Origin: Escherichia coli
Lineage (GTDB): Bacteria; Pseudomonadota; Gammaproteobacteria; Enterobacterales; Enterobacteriaceae
Length of the DNA stretch: 64,000 bases
Direction: 5' to 3' (one strand)
NCBI RefSeq assembly: GCF_044324875.1
Contig: NZ_CP172185.1
Both the position numbers and the translations under genes were made by a program. Within the stretch, counting starts at the first letter, position 1. Every line of letters starts with the position of its first letter. The notes beneath the pieces are model-generated. The model was not told the DNA's origin. It made no database searches and saw nothing but the letters and a program-made list of their open reading frames with translations. Below are positions 1 to 11,850 of this stretch, in pieces.

Positions 1-415
1 TTAGCCCCGCTTTATCGTGCGTCAGGAAGCCAATGCCGTCGTAATAAGTGACGCCAGTAAATGCCATTCCCATTCCTGCGTCGCGGGATGAAGTCCACGT
101 CGTATTACGGGAGAGCAAATCCACCTCTCCTGACTGTAAAGCGGTGAAACGTTCTTTTGCTGTGAGCGGGGTATATTTCACTTTCGTATCGTCACCAAAT
201 ACAGCTGCCGCAACACCACGACAAACATCTACATCAATACCTGAAAACTTACCGTCTGCATCGGCATAAGAGAACCCAGGTAATCCATCACTGATCCCGC
301 ATTGCACAAAACCTTTCTTCTGTACGGCATCAAGCGTCGCGCCAGCATGCGCCTGATTTGCAACGGCAAGCAGCACGCTGGCGGCAGCCAGTGTGGCTAT
401 CATCATCTTTTTCAT
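1..415 (-). CDS. yhdW: Amino-acid ABC transporter periplasmic binding protein, 5' portion (gene runs off window start)
   Basis: Minus-strand frame open from ATG at 415-413 to position 1 with no stop (I translated it by hand: MKKMMIATLAAASVLLAVANQAHAGATLDAVQKKGFVQCGISDG...). Signal-peptide-like N-terminus; matches recollection of YhdW downstream of acrEF-yhdV. Not in ORF track because truncated. Confidence 0.8.
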   Translation of the reverse strand, partial: MKKMMIATLAAASVLLAVANQAHAGATLDAVQKKGFVQCGISDGLPGFSYADADGKFSGIDVDVCRGVAAAVFGDDTKVKYTPLTAKERFTALQSGEVDLLSRNTTWTSSRDAGMGMAFTGVTYYDGIGFLTHDKAGL

Positions 416-845
416 AATGCTTCCTGTGAGGCGAAAATTATCGTTATAGGACGTTTGGGAAACGTCTTTTACCTGTCTGTGGCCATCCTCTTATAAGCAA
501 AAGTAGTGCCAGCTTTTGCGCACGATTTCGCGTCGCAATAAGCTGAGTGTAGACAGGAAATAATAAAAACAGCGCCCCGCAATGGTGCTAAAATGAAACA
601 TGCGCCACATTTTGGCGCAAAATATTTACGCGTTTTTTACTAAGCAGAATAATGATTGTTAGCGTGAGTATATTTCTGGTAGGAAGTGTGAAAATTAAAT
701 TGATGCGTTATTTCGAAAGCAGCGAAATAACGCGATATAACATGCTAAATCAGCAGGGAATTACCCAGCAGAATATAGCAATATTTTATCTTATGGAGAG
801 ATACTGTATCGTTAAACAGAGTGCGGTACTCCGCGCCCTGTGCAG

Positions 846-1067
846 TTATTTCGACAGAGCGATGATCCCCATCGTCAGGCCAGCAACAGCTGCTGCCCCG
901 CCAGCAATAGCCCCAGCCGTTTCCCAGTTATCCTGAGTCGTGCCTTTCATACAGGTATTAGTGTGAACCAGTCGACCCTGATCGTCATAAACCGGAACGC
1001 AGGGCGAATCGTGAGCACAGCCCGCCAGCAATGCGGTGAGCAATGCCACAGGAATTAATCTTTTCAT
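846..1067 (-). CDS. yhdV: Small lipoprotein YhdV
   Basis: ORF track 846..1067 (73 aa) MKRLIPVALLTALLAGCAHD...; lipobox LAGC; position downstream of acrF as in K-12. Confidence 0.85.
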   Translation of the reverse strand: MKRLIPVALLTALLAGCAHDSPCVPVYDDQGRLVHTNTCMKGTTQDNWETAGAIAGGAAAVAGLTMGIIALSK

Positions 1068-1280
1068 AGTGTTACCTCAGTAATAAACGCTAACGCTTAA
1101 TAAGTTAACTCTCTTATTAACGAGCTGAATGCCATTTTATCACCGAAGGTTATAAATCTTGCGGAATGAATAATGACAAATTATGTGAATTGTAAAAATA
1201 GTGAAGGGAGCGGGAACTATAGAAAGTTTTTAAAGAGTGAGAAGAAGAATATCTTATTAATTTTTATGGGTTTCACTGAA

Positions 1281-1308
1281 AATAATAAAGGCACCCGAAA
1301 GTGCCTTT
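1281..1308 (-). terminator. Intrinsic terminator downstream of acrF
   Basis: Hairpin aaaggcac-ccgaaa-gtgccttt (1287-1308); on the minus strand the stem is followed by a T-rich run (plus-strand aataataa 1281-1288). Confidence 0.6.
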
Positions 1309-1319
1309 ATGTTTCTGAT

Positions 1320-4300
1320 TTATCCTTTAAAGCAACGGCGGATCACCACAAAGAACACTGGCACGAAGAAGATTGCCAGCAACGTTGCAGAAACCATCCC
1401 GCCCATTACCCCGATACCCACTGCGTTCTGCGCGCCACTGCCGGCACCGTTACTGATAGCTAGCGGTAATACGCCGAGAATAAAGGCGAGAGAGGTCATC
1501 AGGATAGGACGCAGACGCATACGTACTGCCATTAGTGTCGCTTCAACAACACCTTTACCCTCTTTCTCCATGAGATCTTTAGCGAACTCAACAATCAATA
1601 TAGCGTTTTTAGCCGACAAGCCAATTGTCGTTAGCAAGCCCACCATAAAGTAGACGTCATTTTTTTGATTAAAGAGTGTCGCCGCCAGTAGCACGCCGAC
1701 AATCCCTAACGGCACGACCAACATAACCGAGACAGGAATTGACCAGCTTTCATAGAGTGCAGCAAGGCACAGGAAAACAACCACAAAGGAAATTGCTACC
1801 AGAGCGGGAGCCTGGTTTCCCGATAAGCGTTCCTGATATGACATACCCGTCCAGTCATAACCAATGCCAGCTGGTAATTGTGATGCAAGGTTTTCCATCA
1901 ACGCCATGGCATCGCCGGAACTGGTTCCTGGCGCGGCTTCCCCCTGAATCTCCATTGACGGCAGACCGTTGTAGCGCTCCAGTCGCGGAGAGCCATACAC
2001 CCAATGTGCAGTGGTAAAGGCCGAGAATGGTACCATTTCGCCGTTGGCGCTGCGGACATAAAGTTTATGGACATCTTCTGGCAGCATACGGAATTTGGCA
2101 TCCGCCTGAACATACACCTTTTTCACGCGACCACGGTCAATGAAGTCGTTAACGTAAGTCCCACCCAACGCCGTTGAAATGGTCTGATTGATGTCAGAAA
2201 GTGAAACACCTAATGCCTGCGCCTTTTCCTGGTCAACTTCCAGTTTAAACTGCGCGGTGTCTTCCAGACCATTAGGACGCACGCTGACTAAGCTGGCAGG
2301 ATGTTGCGCCGCCATACAAAGCAACTGGTTACGGGCCTGGGTTAGGGCATCGTGACCCAGCCCAGCCTGATCAATTAACTCAAAGTCGAAACCCGTTGCC
2401 GTGCCCAGTTCAACAATGGCTGGCATATTGAATGGAATGACAAAACCGTCGCGGATCTTGCCCAATTCCATTTTGGCACGATGGATTACTGCTTCCGCAC
2501 TGTTTTCGTCACCACTACGCTCTTCCCACGGTTTCAGACTGACGAAGGCCATACCGGCGTTTTGTGCCTGGCCGCTGAAGCTAAAGCCGTTAACCGTAAA
2601 GACACTTTCAACGTTCGCTTTTTCGTTCTTCAGATAGTAATCCGTCACTTGATCCAACACTTTTTGCGTCCGCTCTTGCGTCGCGCCAGCGGGTAACTGA
2701 ATCATGGTCAGAAAGACACCCTGATCCTCTTCAGGTAAGAAGGAAGACGGAAGGCGTAAAAACAACACCACCATTCCTGCAACAATCAGCGCATAGATCA
2801 GTAAATATCGTCCTGTGGAACCGAGGATTTTGCCGACGCTGTTGGTGTAGTGGTTAACGCTATGATCGAAGGTGGTATTAAACCAGCCGAAGAAACCGCC
2901 CTTATTTTCGTGATGCTCAGCAGAGACGGGTTTGAGCAGTGTTGCACATAACGCTGGGGTAAGAATCAATGCCACCAGAACAGAAAGCGCCATTGCCGAA
3001 ACGATGGTGATAGAGAACTGGCGGTAAATTGCCCCAGTAGAACCGCCGAAGAATGCCATTGGAATAAATACCGCTGACAGCACCATCGCGATACCCACCA
3101 GTGCGCCCTGGATTTGCGACATTGATTTTTCCGTCGCTTCTTTTGGCGGGAGCTTATCCTCCATCATCACGCGCTCGACGTTCTCCACCACCACTATCGC
3201 ATCATCGACGAGCAGCCCGATGGCAAGCACCATCCCGAACATCGTTAGTGTATTGATGGAGTAACCAAAAGCGGCGAGGATGGCAAACGTCCCTAACAAC
3301 ACTACGGGTACCGCAATGGTGGGGATCAGCGTTGCTCGCATATTCTGCAAGAACAGATACATCACCAGGAACACCAGCATAATGGCTTCGAACAGCGTTT
3401 TTACCACTTCGTGAATAGAAAGCTGGACGAATGGCGTGGTGTCATAAGGGTAGAGAACCTTCATTCCCTGTGGGAAGAATGGCTGTAATTCCGCCAGTTT
3501 TGCCTTAATGGCTTTCGCGGTATCGAGAGCATTCGCGCCGGTTGCCAGCTTAATACCCAGGCCCGCCGCCGGTTTTCCGTTGATGCGAGCGATAACGTTA
3601 TAGTTTTCACCGCCAAGTTCAACCCGTGCGACATCTTTCAGGCGTACCACCGAGCCGTCACTGTTTACGCGCAGGGTCACTTTGCCGAATTCTTCCGGAT
3701 TTTTTAACCGCGTTTGAGCAATAATCGAGGCATTCAACTGTTGCCCTGGTAACGCTGGCGTTCCGCCCAACTGTCCGGCAGCGATCTGGTCGTTCTGTAC
3801 CCTTAACTGGTTAATCACATCAACCGGCGTCAATTTATATTTGTTTAGCAGATCGGCGTCCAACCAGATACGCATCGCATACTGTGCGCCGAAAAGTTGT
3901 ACGTCACCGACGCCATTCAGACGGCTAAGCGTATCTTTAACGTTAGAGGCCACATAGTCCGAGATATCGTCCTGTGTGGTGCCTGGGTTATCAGAGACAA
4001 AGCCCGCCACCATCAAATAGCTGCTACTGGACTTTTCAACACTGATCCCCTGCTGCTGTACCTCCTGCGGCAGCAACGGCGTGGCGAGCTGGAGTTTGTT
4101 CTGCACCTGCACTTGCGCGATATCTGGATCGGTCCCAGACTGGAAGGTAAGGGTAATTGTCACGCTACCGGCGGAATCGCTGGTGGAGGACATATACATC
4201 AGGTTATCGATACCGTTCATATTCTGTTCGATAACCTGCGTCACCGTATCCTGCACGGTCTGCGCATCAGCGCCCGGATAGTTTGCTGAAACAGAAACCG

Positions 4301-4424
4301 CAGGCGGTGCAATGGTTGGGTATTGGGCGACGGGCAATTGTAGGATCGCCAGTGCGCCCGCCATCATCAGAATAATGGCCAGCACCCATGCAAATATCGG
4401 TCGTCGAATAAAAAAGTTTGCCAT
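1320..4424 (-). CDS. acrF: RND multidrug efflux permease AcrF
   Basis: ORF track 1320..4424 (1034 aa) [23 protein letters not shown]...; AcrB/AcrF family 12-TM transporter; length matches AcrF. Confidence 0.96.
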   Translation of the reverse strand: MANFFIRRPIFAWVLAIILMMAGALAILQLPVAQYPTIAPPAVSVSANYPGADAQTVQDTVTQVIEQNMNGIDNLMYMSSTSDSAGSVTITLTFQSGTDPDIAQVQVQNKLQLATPLLPQEVQQQGISVEKSSSSYLMVAGFVSDNPGTTQDDISDYVASNVKDTLSRLNGVGDVQLFGAQYAMRIWLDADLLNKYKLTPVDVINQLRVQNDQIAAGQLGGTPALPGQQLNASIIAQTRLKNPEEFGKVTLRVNSDGSVVRLKDVARVELGGENYNVIARINGKPAAGLGIKLATGANALDTAKAIKAKLAELQPFFPQGMKVLYPYDTTPFVQLSIHEVVKTLFEAIMLVFLVMYLFLQNMRATLIPTIAVPVVLLGTFAILAAFGYSINTLTMFGMVLAIGLLVDDAIVVVENVERVMMEDKLPPKEATEKSMSQIQGALVGIAMVLSAVFIPMAFFGGSTGAIYRQFSITIVSAMALSVLVALILTPALCATLLKPVSAEHHENKGGFFGWFNTTFDHSVNHYTNSVGKILGSTGRYLLIYALIVAGMVVLFLRLPSSFLPEEDQGVFLTMIQLPAGATQERTQKVLDQVTDYYLKNEKANVESVFTVNGFSFSGQAQNAGMAFVSLKPWEERSGDENSAEAVIHRAKMELGKIRDGFVIPFNMPAIVELGTATGFDFELIDQAGLGHDALTQARNQLLCMAAQHPASLVSVRPNGLEDTAQFKLEVDQEKAQALGVSLSDINQTISTALGGTYVNDFIDRGRVKKVYVQADAKFRMLPEDVHKLYVRSANGEMVPFSAFTTAHWVYGSPRLERYNGLPSMEIQGEAAPGTSSGDAMALMENLASQLPAGIGYDWTGMSYQERLSGNQAPALVAISFVVVFLCLAALYESWSIPVSVMLVVPLGIVGVLLAATLFNQKNDVYFMVGLLTTIGLSAKNAILIVEFAKDLMEKEGKGVVEATLMAVRMRLRPILMTSLAFILGVLPLAISNGAGSGAQNAVGIGVMGGMVSATLLAIFFVPVFFVVIRRCFKG

Positions 4425-4435
4425 GTCAGATTGCC

Positions 4436-5593
4436 TTACTTCGATGCAGAATCTGCGGGGGTATCGGTAGTGGCTTTAACCTGCTCTCCCGGACGCGCTT
4501 TTTGCAGGCCGCTGACAATGACTTGATCGCCAGATTTCAGACCTTCGCTAATCAACCATTTATCGCCAATCGCCTGACTGGCAACGACAGGGCGCGCTTC
4601 CACCTGACTTTTATCGTTAACAATCAGCACGGTTGCATCACCACGCGGTGTGCGGCTAACGCCTTGTTGCGGGATAAGAATGGCGTCAGGTTGGACGCCT
4701 TCATCAATCCGTGCACGCACAAACATACCCGGCAAAAGCGTATGTTGCGGGTTAGGGAAGACAGCACGTAGGGTTATGGAGCCGGTGCTTTCATCAACGG
4801 TCACATCAGAGAATTGCAGCGTACCTTTCAGGGGATAGGTTTGACCGTTTTCCATGACCAACTCTACGTTGCTGGTGGCGTTTTCCTTATGCAAATTTCC
4901 TTGCTCTACGGATTGCTTCAGCCTCATAAAATCGTTGCTGGATTGGGTCACATCAACGTAGATAGGATCGAGCTGCTGGACAGTCGCCAGTTCAGTCGTT
5001 TGCCCATTAGTGACAAGAGCGCCTTCGGTCACGGTCGATTTGCCGATACGTCCGCTAATTGGCGCAGTCATTTTGGTATAAGCGAGATTGATGAGAGCGC
5101 TTTCGACCGTGGCTTTTGCGGCAATCACGGCGGCATCGGCCTGGCGAGCATCAGCAATGGCCTGGTCGTACTCCTGCTGACTGATGTATTTCGTACCCAC
5201 GAGCGGAACGTAACGTTTTACCGTCAAATGCGCGATGGCGGCGGCGGCTTCACTTTTCGCCAGTTCGCCTTTCGCGCTGTCATAACTTGCCTGATAGGTC
5301 GCGGGATCGATCTGGTACAGGGACTGGCCTGCTTGCACATCGCTGCCTTCAGTGAAATTGCGACTCAGTACGATCCCGCTAACCTGTGGGCGAACTTCGG
5401 CTATACGGTAAGCATTGGTGCGGCCTGGTAATTCAGTCTTAACTTCTAACGGGGCCGTTTTCACAATATGAACGGTAACCTGCGGTTCACCGACGTGAGC
5501 TTTCTCTTCTCCCTTATCGTTACAACCGGCGATTAAAGCCGCGGAGATCAGAATAAAGGAGGGCAGGAGGAAAAACCTGGCATGTTTCGTCAT
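4436..5593 (-). CDS. acrE: Periplasmic adaptor (membrane fusion) lipoprotein AcrE
   Basis: ORF track 4436..5593 (385 aa) [24 protein letters not shown]...; lipobox; 11 bp upstream of acrF. Confidence 0.95.
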   Translation of the reverse strand: MTKHARFFLLPSFILISAALIAGCNDKGEEKAHVGEPQVTVHIVKTAPLEVKTELPGRTNAYRIAEVRPQVSGIVLSRNFTEGSDVQAGQSLYQIDPATYQASYDSAKGELAKSEAAAAIAHLTVKRYVPLVGTKYISQQEYDQAIADARQADAAVIAAKATVESALINLAYTKMTAPISGRIGKSTVTEGALVTNGQTTELATVQQLDPIYVDVTQSSNDFMRLKQSVEQGNLHKENATSNVELVMENGQTYPLKGTLQFSDVTVDESTGSITLRAVFPNPQHTLLPGMFVRARIDEGVQPDAILIPQQGVSRTPRGDATVLIVNDKSQVEARPVVASQAIGDKWLISEGLKSGDQVIVSGLQKARPGEQVKATTDTPADSASK

Positions 5594-5991
5594 TACTATT
5601 CCTCAAAAAACCAAAAGCGCGTTATTTACCCAAAAAGGCAACGCGTTAACTCGCAGAAAGAAAAATACAGTTCGCTATCCTACAAATTATCATTCGTCGA
5701 TGTAAGGAATAGTTATGAATACTGGCGTCTCAAGGCACATAAACACAAAAAAAGATTAATATTCTACTGTTTTATTTTGACGCGGGTTGAAAGAGGTAGA
5801 ATCAAATCCTCGTAAATTGAAATATATATTGATAGAGTGAATGTATTTTAGGTAAATAATAAACGTTATTTATTTGACGATTTATAGCAACTCAATATTA
5901 GCCTCTCGTATAAATATACATTAGGTGATAGATTAACCTTCGCTATTTTCTCATCCTGTGTCGAATATATTTATTTCCTGAATAATTAATC

Positions 5992-6654
5992 ATGGCAAAA
6001 AGAACCAAAGCTGAAGCCCTGAAGACCCGGCAAGAACTGATTGAAACTGCCATCGCCCAGTTTGCGCAGCGTGGCGTAAGCAAGACGACGCTCAACGACA
6101 TTGCCGACGCCGCTAACGTTACGCGTGGCGCTATCTACTGGCACTTCGAGAACAAGACCCAACTGTTTAATGAGATGTGGTTGCAACAGCCTTCATTGCG
6201 GGAGTTAATCCAGGAACACTTGACGGCTGGATTAGAGCATGACCCGTTTCAGCAATTGCGTGAAAAATTGATTGTCGGCTTGCAATATATTGCCAAAATT
6301 CCCCGCCAGCAGGCGTTGCTGAAAATCTTATATCATAAATGTGAATTTAATGATGAGATGCTGGCCGAGGGGGTAATACGCGAAAAGATGGGCTTTAATC
6401 CGCAGACTCTACGCGAAGTATTGCAGGCATGTCAGCAACAAGGTTGTGTAGCAAATAATCTCGATTTAGATGTTGTGATGATTATTATTGATGGTGCCTT
6501 CAGCGGAATTGTTCAAAACTGGTTAATGAATATGGCGGGTTATGATCTTTATAAACAAGCACCCGCACTGGTCGATAACGTATTAAGAATGTTCATGCCA
6601 GATGAAAACATAACGAAATTAATTCATCAAACGAATGAATTAAGTGTCATATAA
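5992..6654 (+). CDS. acrS: TetR-family repressor of acrEF/acrAB (AcrS/EnvR)
   Basis: ORF track 5992..6654 (220 aa) MAKRTKAEALKTRQELIETAIAQFAQRGVSKTTLNDIADAANVTRGAIYWHF (TetR HTH); divergent from acrE; ATG confirmed at 5992. Confidence 0.93.
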   Translation: MAKRTKAEALKTRQELIETAIAQFAQRGVSKTTLNDIADAANVTRGAIYWHFENKTQLFNEMWLQQPSLRELIQEHLTAGLEHDPFQQLREKLIVGLQYIAKIPRQQALLKILYHKCEFNDEMLAEGVIREKMGFNPQTLREVLQACQQQGCVANNLDLDVVMIIIDGAFSGIVQNWLMNMAGYDLYKQAPALVDNVLRMFMPDENITKLIHQTNELSVI

Positions 6655-6656
6655 AT

Positions 6657-6836
6657 TCACATTCTGTCCTGAAAATTCAGTTCGTCACAGTTAACCAGTT
6701 TTAGTGGATTAACTGAGTTCATATTGCGGCATTTGTCTGTTTCTGTTGCCAGCAGTTCAATCCACTGCATCAGTAAAGTATCAAACAGAAAAACGAAGAC
6801 AGCGAAAACGACGAGCCACCAATACTTGCGAATCAT
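6657..6836 (-). CDS. yhdU: Small membrane protein YhdU
   Basis: ORF track 6657..6863; internal Met start chosen (MIRKYWWLVVFAVFVFLFDTLLMQ..., 59 aa, hydrophobic helix); position between acrS and yhdJ as in K-12. Confidence 0.65.
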   Translation of the reverse strand: MIRKYWWLVVFAVFVFLFDTLLMQWIELLATETDKCRNMNSVNPLKLVNCDELNFQDRM

Positions 6837-6919
6837 TACCTGAGCCTGTGCATGTTTAACCAAGTCTGGCAGGAAATATACACGAAATGAATAATCTGAA
6901 AACCAGGCTTACACTTCCT

Positions 6920-7804
6920 TTACTTTGCAATGAGATCGGGGTCAACTTCGCTTAACCTGCTTCGTTTTGACAGGTTGCCGGTCTTTCTTTTTTTCACTTT
7001 CGCCAGTTCTTCCGCAGAGTAATGCGACGCGACATCCAGCCGTCGAAGCCCCATTTTGATGTACTCGCTGTTAATCTCAATACCAATGAATTTTCGCCCG
7101 CTGGCGACGGCTACGGCACCGGTAGTAAAGCTACCAGAAAACGGGTCGAGAACGATATCGCCTGGGTTGGAAGAGGCGAGAATAATGCGTTTCAGTAAGG
7201 CTTCCGGTTTTTGCGTCGGGTGATTCTCATATTCATCCATCAAATAACGCACGCGCGGAAAATCCCAGACGTTACCCGGTACTTTTTGATGATTGTAAGG
7301 CTGTGGAGGATTTTTGCGATAATCGATCAACGCGCGCTGCGATCCGGTTTTGGCTTCTACCAGAATAGCATCACCGTTGAACGTGTAGTTCTTTGCGTCT
7401 TTCACCATCATCAGGATGGGTTCGTACATGGAGCCGTAGTGTTTTTTCGCCTGCACTCCAGAACTGTCATATGACCAGACGATGCGACTTTTGATGGTAA
7501 AAAGCTTGCGGCACTGGAGATCGATAAAGGGCATGTTTTCCGTGCTGTTCATGATGTACATGCTGCCCTGCTTTTTCAGAACGCGGTGGCACTCTTCAAT
7601 CACTTCAAACAGCCAGTCGATAAACAGATCTTCTTTCCAGGCTTCGATCAGACCATCAAAATTTTTACCGATGTTATACGGTGGGTCGGCAAAGATCAGA
7701 TCGACACTTTCGGCGGGGATCTTTTTAAGTTCGGTTAATGCATCACCCTGGATGATGGTCTTTGCTTCATTACCAAATCGGGTCGGTTCACATCCTGTTC
7801 TCAT
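6920..7804 (-). CDS. yhdJ: DNA adenine (N6) methyltransferase YhdJ
   Basis: ORF track 6920..7810 (296 aa); contains DPPY motif (FADPPYNIG) and C-terminal FAGSFTTG-like SAM motif; start set at third codon (MRTGCEP...) to give 294 aa; alternative start 7810. Confidence 0.9.
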   Translation of the reverse strand: MRTGCEPTRFGNEAKTIIQGDALTELKKIPAESVDLIFADPPYNIGKNFDGLIEAWKEDLFIDWLFEVIEECHRVLKKQGSMYIMNSTENMPFIDLQCRKLFTIKSRIVWSYDSSGVQAKKHYGSMYEPILMMVKDAKNYTFNGDAILVEAKTGSQRALIDYRKNPPQPYNHQKVPGNVWDFPRVRYLMDEYENHPTQKPEALLKRIILASSNPGDIVLDPFSGSFTTGAVAVASGRKFIGIEINSEYIKMGLRRLDVASHYSAEELAKVKKRKTGNLSKRSRLSEVDPDLIAK

Positions 7805-7828
7805 GGTCACTCCCTTTGTGACACCTAT

Positions 7829-7865
7829 AAAAAAGGCGCTTCCCCATGCCGAGTAGCGCCTTTTT
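7829..7865 (-). terminator. Intrinsic terminator after fis
   Basis: Hairpin ggcgct-(14 nt)-agcgcc at 7835-7860 flanked by A-run (7829-7834) and T-run (7861-7865); bidirectional in form. Confidence 0.7.
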
Positions 7866-7889
7866 AATCAAGCATTTAGCTAACCTGAA

Positions 7890-8186
7890 TTAGTTCATGC
7901 CGTATTTTTTCAATTTTTTACGCAGCGTACCACGGTTGATGCCCATCATCAGCGCAGCACGGGTCTGGTTACCACGGGTGTATTGCATCACCATGTCCAA
8001 CAGGGGCTGTTCTACTTCAGCCAGTACCAGCTCATAGAGGTCATTCACATCCTGACCGTTCAGTTGAGCAAAATAGTTCTTCAGTGCCTGTTTAACCGAG
8101 TCACGCAGGGGTTTTTGGGTTACCTGATCCTGAGAGTTAACGGTAGAAACGGTCAGTACGTCAGAATTTACGCGTTGTTCGAACAT
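7890..8186 (-). CDS. fis: Nucleoid-associated protein Fis
   Basis: ORF track 7890..8186 (98 aa) [98 protein letters not shown], matching Fis as I recall it. Confidence 0.98.
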
Positions 8187-8211
8187 AGTTCTGTCAGCTC
8201 TTTATTTCTGT

Positions 8212-9177
8212 TTACGCAAAATTTTCGAAGTATGCCTCCAACGCCTCCAGCTGTTCGCTGGCATCCTCAATGGCGTTGAATGTGCGCCGAAACTGGTCAT
8301 TTGGAGCGTGTTCCTGGAGATACCAGGAAACGTGTTTACGTGCAATTCGGTACCCTTTTGCCGGACCATAAAAGTCATGCAGTTCCCGAACGTGCGCGCA
8401 AAGCAAGCGCTTAACCTCTGCCAAAGGCAGCGGGGGCAGCAACTCCCCAGTGTCCAGATAATGCTGGATTTCCCGAAAGATCCAGGGTCTTCCCTGAGCT
8501 GCGCGGCCTATCATCAGGGCATCCGCCCCTGTATAGTCGAGCACAGCTCTGGCTTTAAGCGGGTCAGTAATGTCGCCATTCGCGATAACCGGAATGGAAA
8601 CTTTCTGCTTAACTGCCCGAATACTGTCGTACTCAGCTTCTCCATTGAACAAACAGGCGCGTGTACGGCCATGAATGGTCAGAGCCTGAATGCCACAGTC
8701 TTCAGCCAGTTGGGCAATCTCTTCGCAGTTACGGTGTTCCGGTGCCCAGCCGGTGCGAATCTTCAGGGTAACAGGAACGTCCACTGCATTGACGACCTCG
8801 GTAAGGATCGATTTAACGACATCCGGGTACTGCAAGAGGGCTGAACCTGCGAGCTTGCGATTCACTTTTTTAGCCGGGCAACCCATATTGATATCAATAA
8901 TCTGGGCACCGCTTTCCACGTTAATACGTGCTGCATCTGCCATTTCTTTCGGATCGCTACCAGCAATTTGCACGGTGCGAATACCGGGTTCATCAATGTG
9001 CACCATCCGTAAACGAGATTTGTCGCTTTCCCAAACCTGTGGGTTAGAAGACATCATCTCGGATACTGTCAATCCGGCTCCCATCTCGTAGCACAACGTC
9101 CGAAAAGGTCTGTCTGTAATGCCAGCCATGGGCGCTGCGATCAGGCGATTTCTGAGCTGATATTGTCCGATGCGCAT
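8212..9177 (-). CDS. dusB: tRNA-dihydrouridine synthase B
   Basis: ORF track 8212..9177 (321 aa) [26 protein letters not shown]...; co-operonic upstream of fis. Confidence 0.95.
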   Translation of the reverse strand: MRIGQYQLRNRLIAAPMAGITDRPFRTLCYEMGAGLTVSEMMSSNPQVWESDKSRLRMVHIDEPGIRTVQIAGSDPKEMADAARINVESGAQIIDINMGCPAKKVNRKLAGSALLQYPDVVKSILTEVVNAVDVPVTLKIRTGWAPEHRNCEEIAQLAEDCGIQALTIHGRTRACLFNGEAEYDSIRAVKQKVSIPVIANGDITDPLKARAVLDYTGADALMIGRAAQGRPWIFREIQHYLDTGELLPPLPLAEVKRLLCAHVRELHDFYGPAKGYRIARKHVSWYLQEHAPNDQFRRTFNAIEDASEQLEALEAYFENFA

Positions 9178-9420
9178 GAGTTAAGAAATGACCATACTGT
9201 GACTGCAAGGCGGCGTATATTACGCATTTTTTGCACGAGATGAAAGGCCAAACTTTGACCAATCCTCTGAGATGGATCAAAGAATTGCATTTAAAATGAG
9301 CGTGGTGCAATAATTACTCATAAAAATCATCATATTAGAAAATGGTGACTAAAATTTACACTCAAAGAAATTTGAGTAAGTTCTCAATTTTTCTTTATGA
9401 ATGAAAATTTTGGCACGCAA
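9178..9420 (-). promoter_or_regulatory. dusB-fis promoter region (approximate)
   Basis: AT-rich 328-bp gap upstream of dusB with repeated A/T tracts; position corresponds to the growth-phase regulated fis promoter. Individual sites not mapped. Confidence 0.45.
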
Positions 9421-9505
9421 ATTTGCGTAAATAATCGGCAAATTTACGTGCCTTTTGTGAGCTTGCTCGCACTTCGCCCCGCGTCACCCTACGGCGATGC
9501 GAAGG

Positions 9506-10387
9506 TTAATTCTTACGACCGGTAATGCGGCACCACTCTTCTTTTTCCACGACCGGGTCCAGAGCGAAGCTGTCGGCATAAGCTTCGCAAACGCTCTCTG
9601 CCTGGCTTGCCAGAATACCGGAAAGGCCCAGCAAACCGCCTGAAACTGGCAGGACGCTGATTAACGGTGCCAGTTCACGTAATGGGCCTGCAAGGATGTT
9701 AGCGACCACCACGTCGGCTTTCATTTCTTCTGGCTGATCTTTCGGTAAGTAGAGTTCCAGGCGGTCAGAGACGCCATTACGTTCAGCGTTGTCGCGGCTG
9801 GCCTGAATCGCCTGCGGATCAATATCAATACCAATGGCTTTTTCTGCACCCAGTTTCAGCGCCGCGATAGCCAGAATGCCGGAACCGCAGCCAAAGTCGA
9901 TGACTGTTTTACCGGTTAAATCGAGGCTGTCGAGCCATTGCAGGCACAGAGAGGTAGTTGGATGGGTACCCGTACCAAACGCCAGCCCTGGGTCTAACAT
10001 CACGTTGACGGCGTTTTCGTCCGGCACATCACGCCAGCTTGGGCAGATCCACAGTCGTTCACCAAAGCGCATCGGGTGGAAATTATCCATCCATTCGCGC
10101 TCCCAGTCTTTATCTTCCAGTTGTTCGATTTTATGCGCGAAGCCTGCGCCGAGCAGCGGATGGTTTTCCAGAATCGCCACCACGTCGTTCATATCGGTTT
10201 CAGCATCGAACAGACCAATCACATCGGTGTCGCCCCACAGGCGCGTTTCGCCCGGCAGCGGCTCAAATACTGGCGTATCGTGGGTATCCTGAAAAGTGAT
10301 AGAAACGGCACCCGCTTCCATCAGCGCATCGCTAAGATCTTCCGCGTTCGCGCCGGTGGTGTTCAGTTTCAGTTGGATCCAAGGCAT
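9506..10387 (-). CDS. prmA: Ribosomal protein L11 methyltransferase
   Basis: ORF track 9506..10387 (293 aa) [34 protein letters not shown]...; SAM-MTase motifs ([13 protein letters not shown]). Confidence 0.95.
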   Translation of the reverse strand: MPWIQLKLNTTGANAEDLSDALMEAGAVSITFQDTHDTPVFEPLPGETRLWGDTDVIGLFDAETDMNDVVAILENHPLLGAGFAHKIEQLEDKDWEREWMDNFHPMRFGERLWICPSWRDVPDENAVNVMLDPGLAFGTGTHPTTSLCLQWLDSLDLTGKTVIDFGCGSGILAIAALKLGAEKAIGIDIDPQAIQASRDNAERNGVSDRLELYLPKDQPEEMKADVVVANILAGPLRELAPLISVLPVSGGLLGLSGILASQAESVCEAYADSFALDPVVEKEEWCRITGRKN

Positions 10388-10398
10388 GGCAAAACTCT

Positions 10399-11850
10399 TT
10401 ATTTATCAGTAGTCAAAACGGTAGCTTGCGGGACGGATGTACCGAAACGGTTTCCGACCATGAAAGCCAGCAAACTTAGTAGTAACGAGGGCACGATAGG
10501 GTGGAAGCCCAGGTACTGAATATTCAGCGTCGCGAGTACGGCATACAGTACGCCGCCAACAATCATCGCACTTAGCGCGCCTTTGGCGTTGGCGCGTTCC
10601 CAGTAAAGACCCAGTACCAGCGGCCACAGGAAAACGGCTTCCAGCCCACCGAAGGCCAGCAAATTCAGCCAGATGATCATTTCTGGCGGCTTCCAGGCGG
10701 CAAGCAGCAGCAACGCACCGAGAACTAACGTAATTACCGCCGACATCCGCTTCAGACGCGTCTCGTTTTGCATTTGATCCGGACGGATATTCAAATAGAG
10801 ATCTTTAATGATCGTAGCGGAACTTTGCAGCAACTGGGCATTGATCGTCGACATGATCGCAGCCATAGGTGCAGCCAGGAAGATCCCGGCAGCAAACGGT
10901 GGCAACACTTTTACCATTAACGTCGGGATCACCAGGTCCGGTACGGTGAGATCGGGGATCACCGCCCGACCTAACGCTCCGGCCAGGTGCATACCGAACA
11001 TCAGGATTGCGACCACAATCGTACCGATGATGATCCCCCGATGTACGGCTTTGCTGTCTTTATAAGAGATACAGCGCACCGCAGTATGCGGCAGGCCAAT
11101 CACGCCAAAACACACCAGCACCCAGAACGACGTCATAAAGGCAGGCGACAGAATATCGTCAGCGCCTTGTGGCGTAACCAGTTGCGGATCGATGGTTTGC
11201 AGCGTCTCTACCGCATTGCTTAAGCCGCCAGCAGCATGGACCACGCCAATAAGCAGCACAATGGTGCCAATCAGCATCACCAGCCCTTGCATGGTGTCGT
11301 TCAGCACGCTGGCGCGAAAGCCGCCGAAGGCGGTGTAGAGCGCAATGCTGATGCCAAAAATCAGCAAACCTGTTTCATAAGGAATACCCGCCGCGGTTTC
11401 CAGCAGACGCGCACCGCCGATAAACTGCACGGTCATCGCACCAACGAACGCAACCAGCAAACTTAAACTCGCCAGCCACACCAGCAGACGACTCTGGTAG
11501 CGGGCAAATAGCATATCGTTCAGCGTCACCGCATTGTAGCGGCGCGCAAGAATCGCGAACTTCTTGCCGAGAATACCGAGCGAAAGCCAGACCGCAGGAA
11601 GTTGAATCATCGCCAGCAATACCCAACCCAGGCCGTATTTATAAGCAGCTCCAGGCCCGCCGATAAACGAACTGGCACTGATATAGGTCGCGGTGAGCGT
11701 CATCGCCAGCACAATACCGCCCATAGAGCGGCTACCGAGGAAATACTCATTAAGGAAGGTGCCGGTGCTCCGTTTACGCATCGCATAAACAGAGATACCG
11801 AACACCACCACCAGATAGGCGACCAGCGGTAGAATCACTTCAAGCTGCAT
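10399..11850 (-). CDS. panF: Sodium/pantothenate symporter
   Basis: ORF track 10399..11856; start set at [13 protein letters not shown]... (483 aa); SSS-family transporter; 11 bp upstream of prmA. Confidence 0.93.
   Translation of the reverse strand: MQLEVILPLVAYLVVVFGISVYAMRKRSTGTFLNEYFLGSRSMGGIVLAMTLTATYISASSFIGGPGAAYKYGLGWVLLAMIQLPAVWLSLGILGKKFAILARRYNAVTLNDMLFARYQSRLLVWLASLSLLVAFVGAMTVQFIGGARLLETAAGIPYETGLLIFGISIALYTAFGGFRASVLNDTMQGLVMLIGTIVLLIGVVHAAGGLSNAVETLQTIDPQLVTPQGADDILSPAFMTSFWVLVCFGVIGLPHTAVRCISYKDSKAVHRGIIIGTIVVAILMFGMHLAGALGRAVIPDLTVPDLVIPTLMVKVLPPFAAGIFLAAPMAAIMSTINAQLLQSSATIIKDLYLNIRPDQMQNETRLKRMSAVITLVLGALLLLAAWKPPEMIIWLNLLAFGGLEAVFLWPLVLGLYWERANAKGALSAMIVGGVLYAVLATLNIQYLGFHPIVPSLLLSLLAFMVGNRFGTSVPQATVLTTDK

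Noticed and set aside
1309-1653. 114-aa plus-strand ORF (and 3897..4289, 130 aa) inside acrF
   Set aside because: Entirely antisense to the well-supported acrF coding sequence; no RBS; typical spurious ORF in GC-rich coding DNA.
4814-5431. 205-aa plus-strand ORF antisense to acrE
   Set aside because: Embedded in acrE on the opposite strand; no independent support.
5594-5991. 77-aa plus-strand ORF (5582..5815) in the acrE-acrS intergenic region
   Set aside because: Lies in an AT-rich promoter region, Lys/Arg-rich low-complexity translation, overlaps acrE start; judged spurious.
8308-8844. 178-aa plus-strand ORF antisense to dusB
   Set aside because: Overlaps dusB completely; dusB identity is strong.
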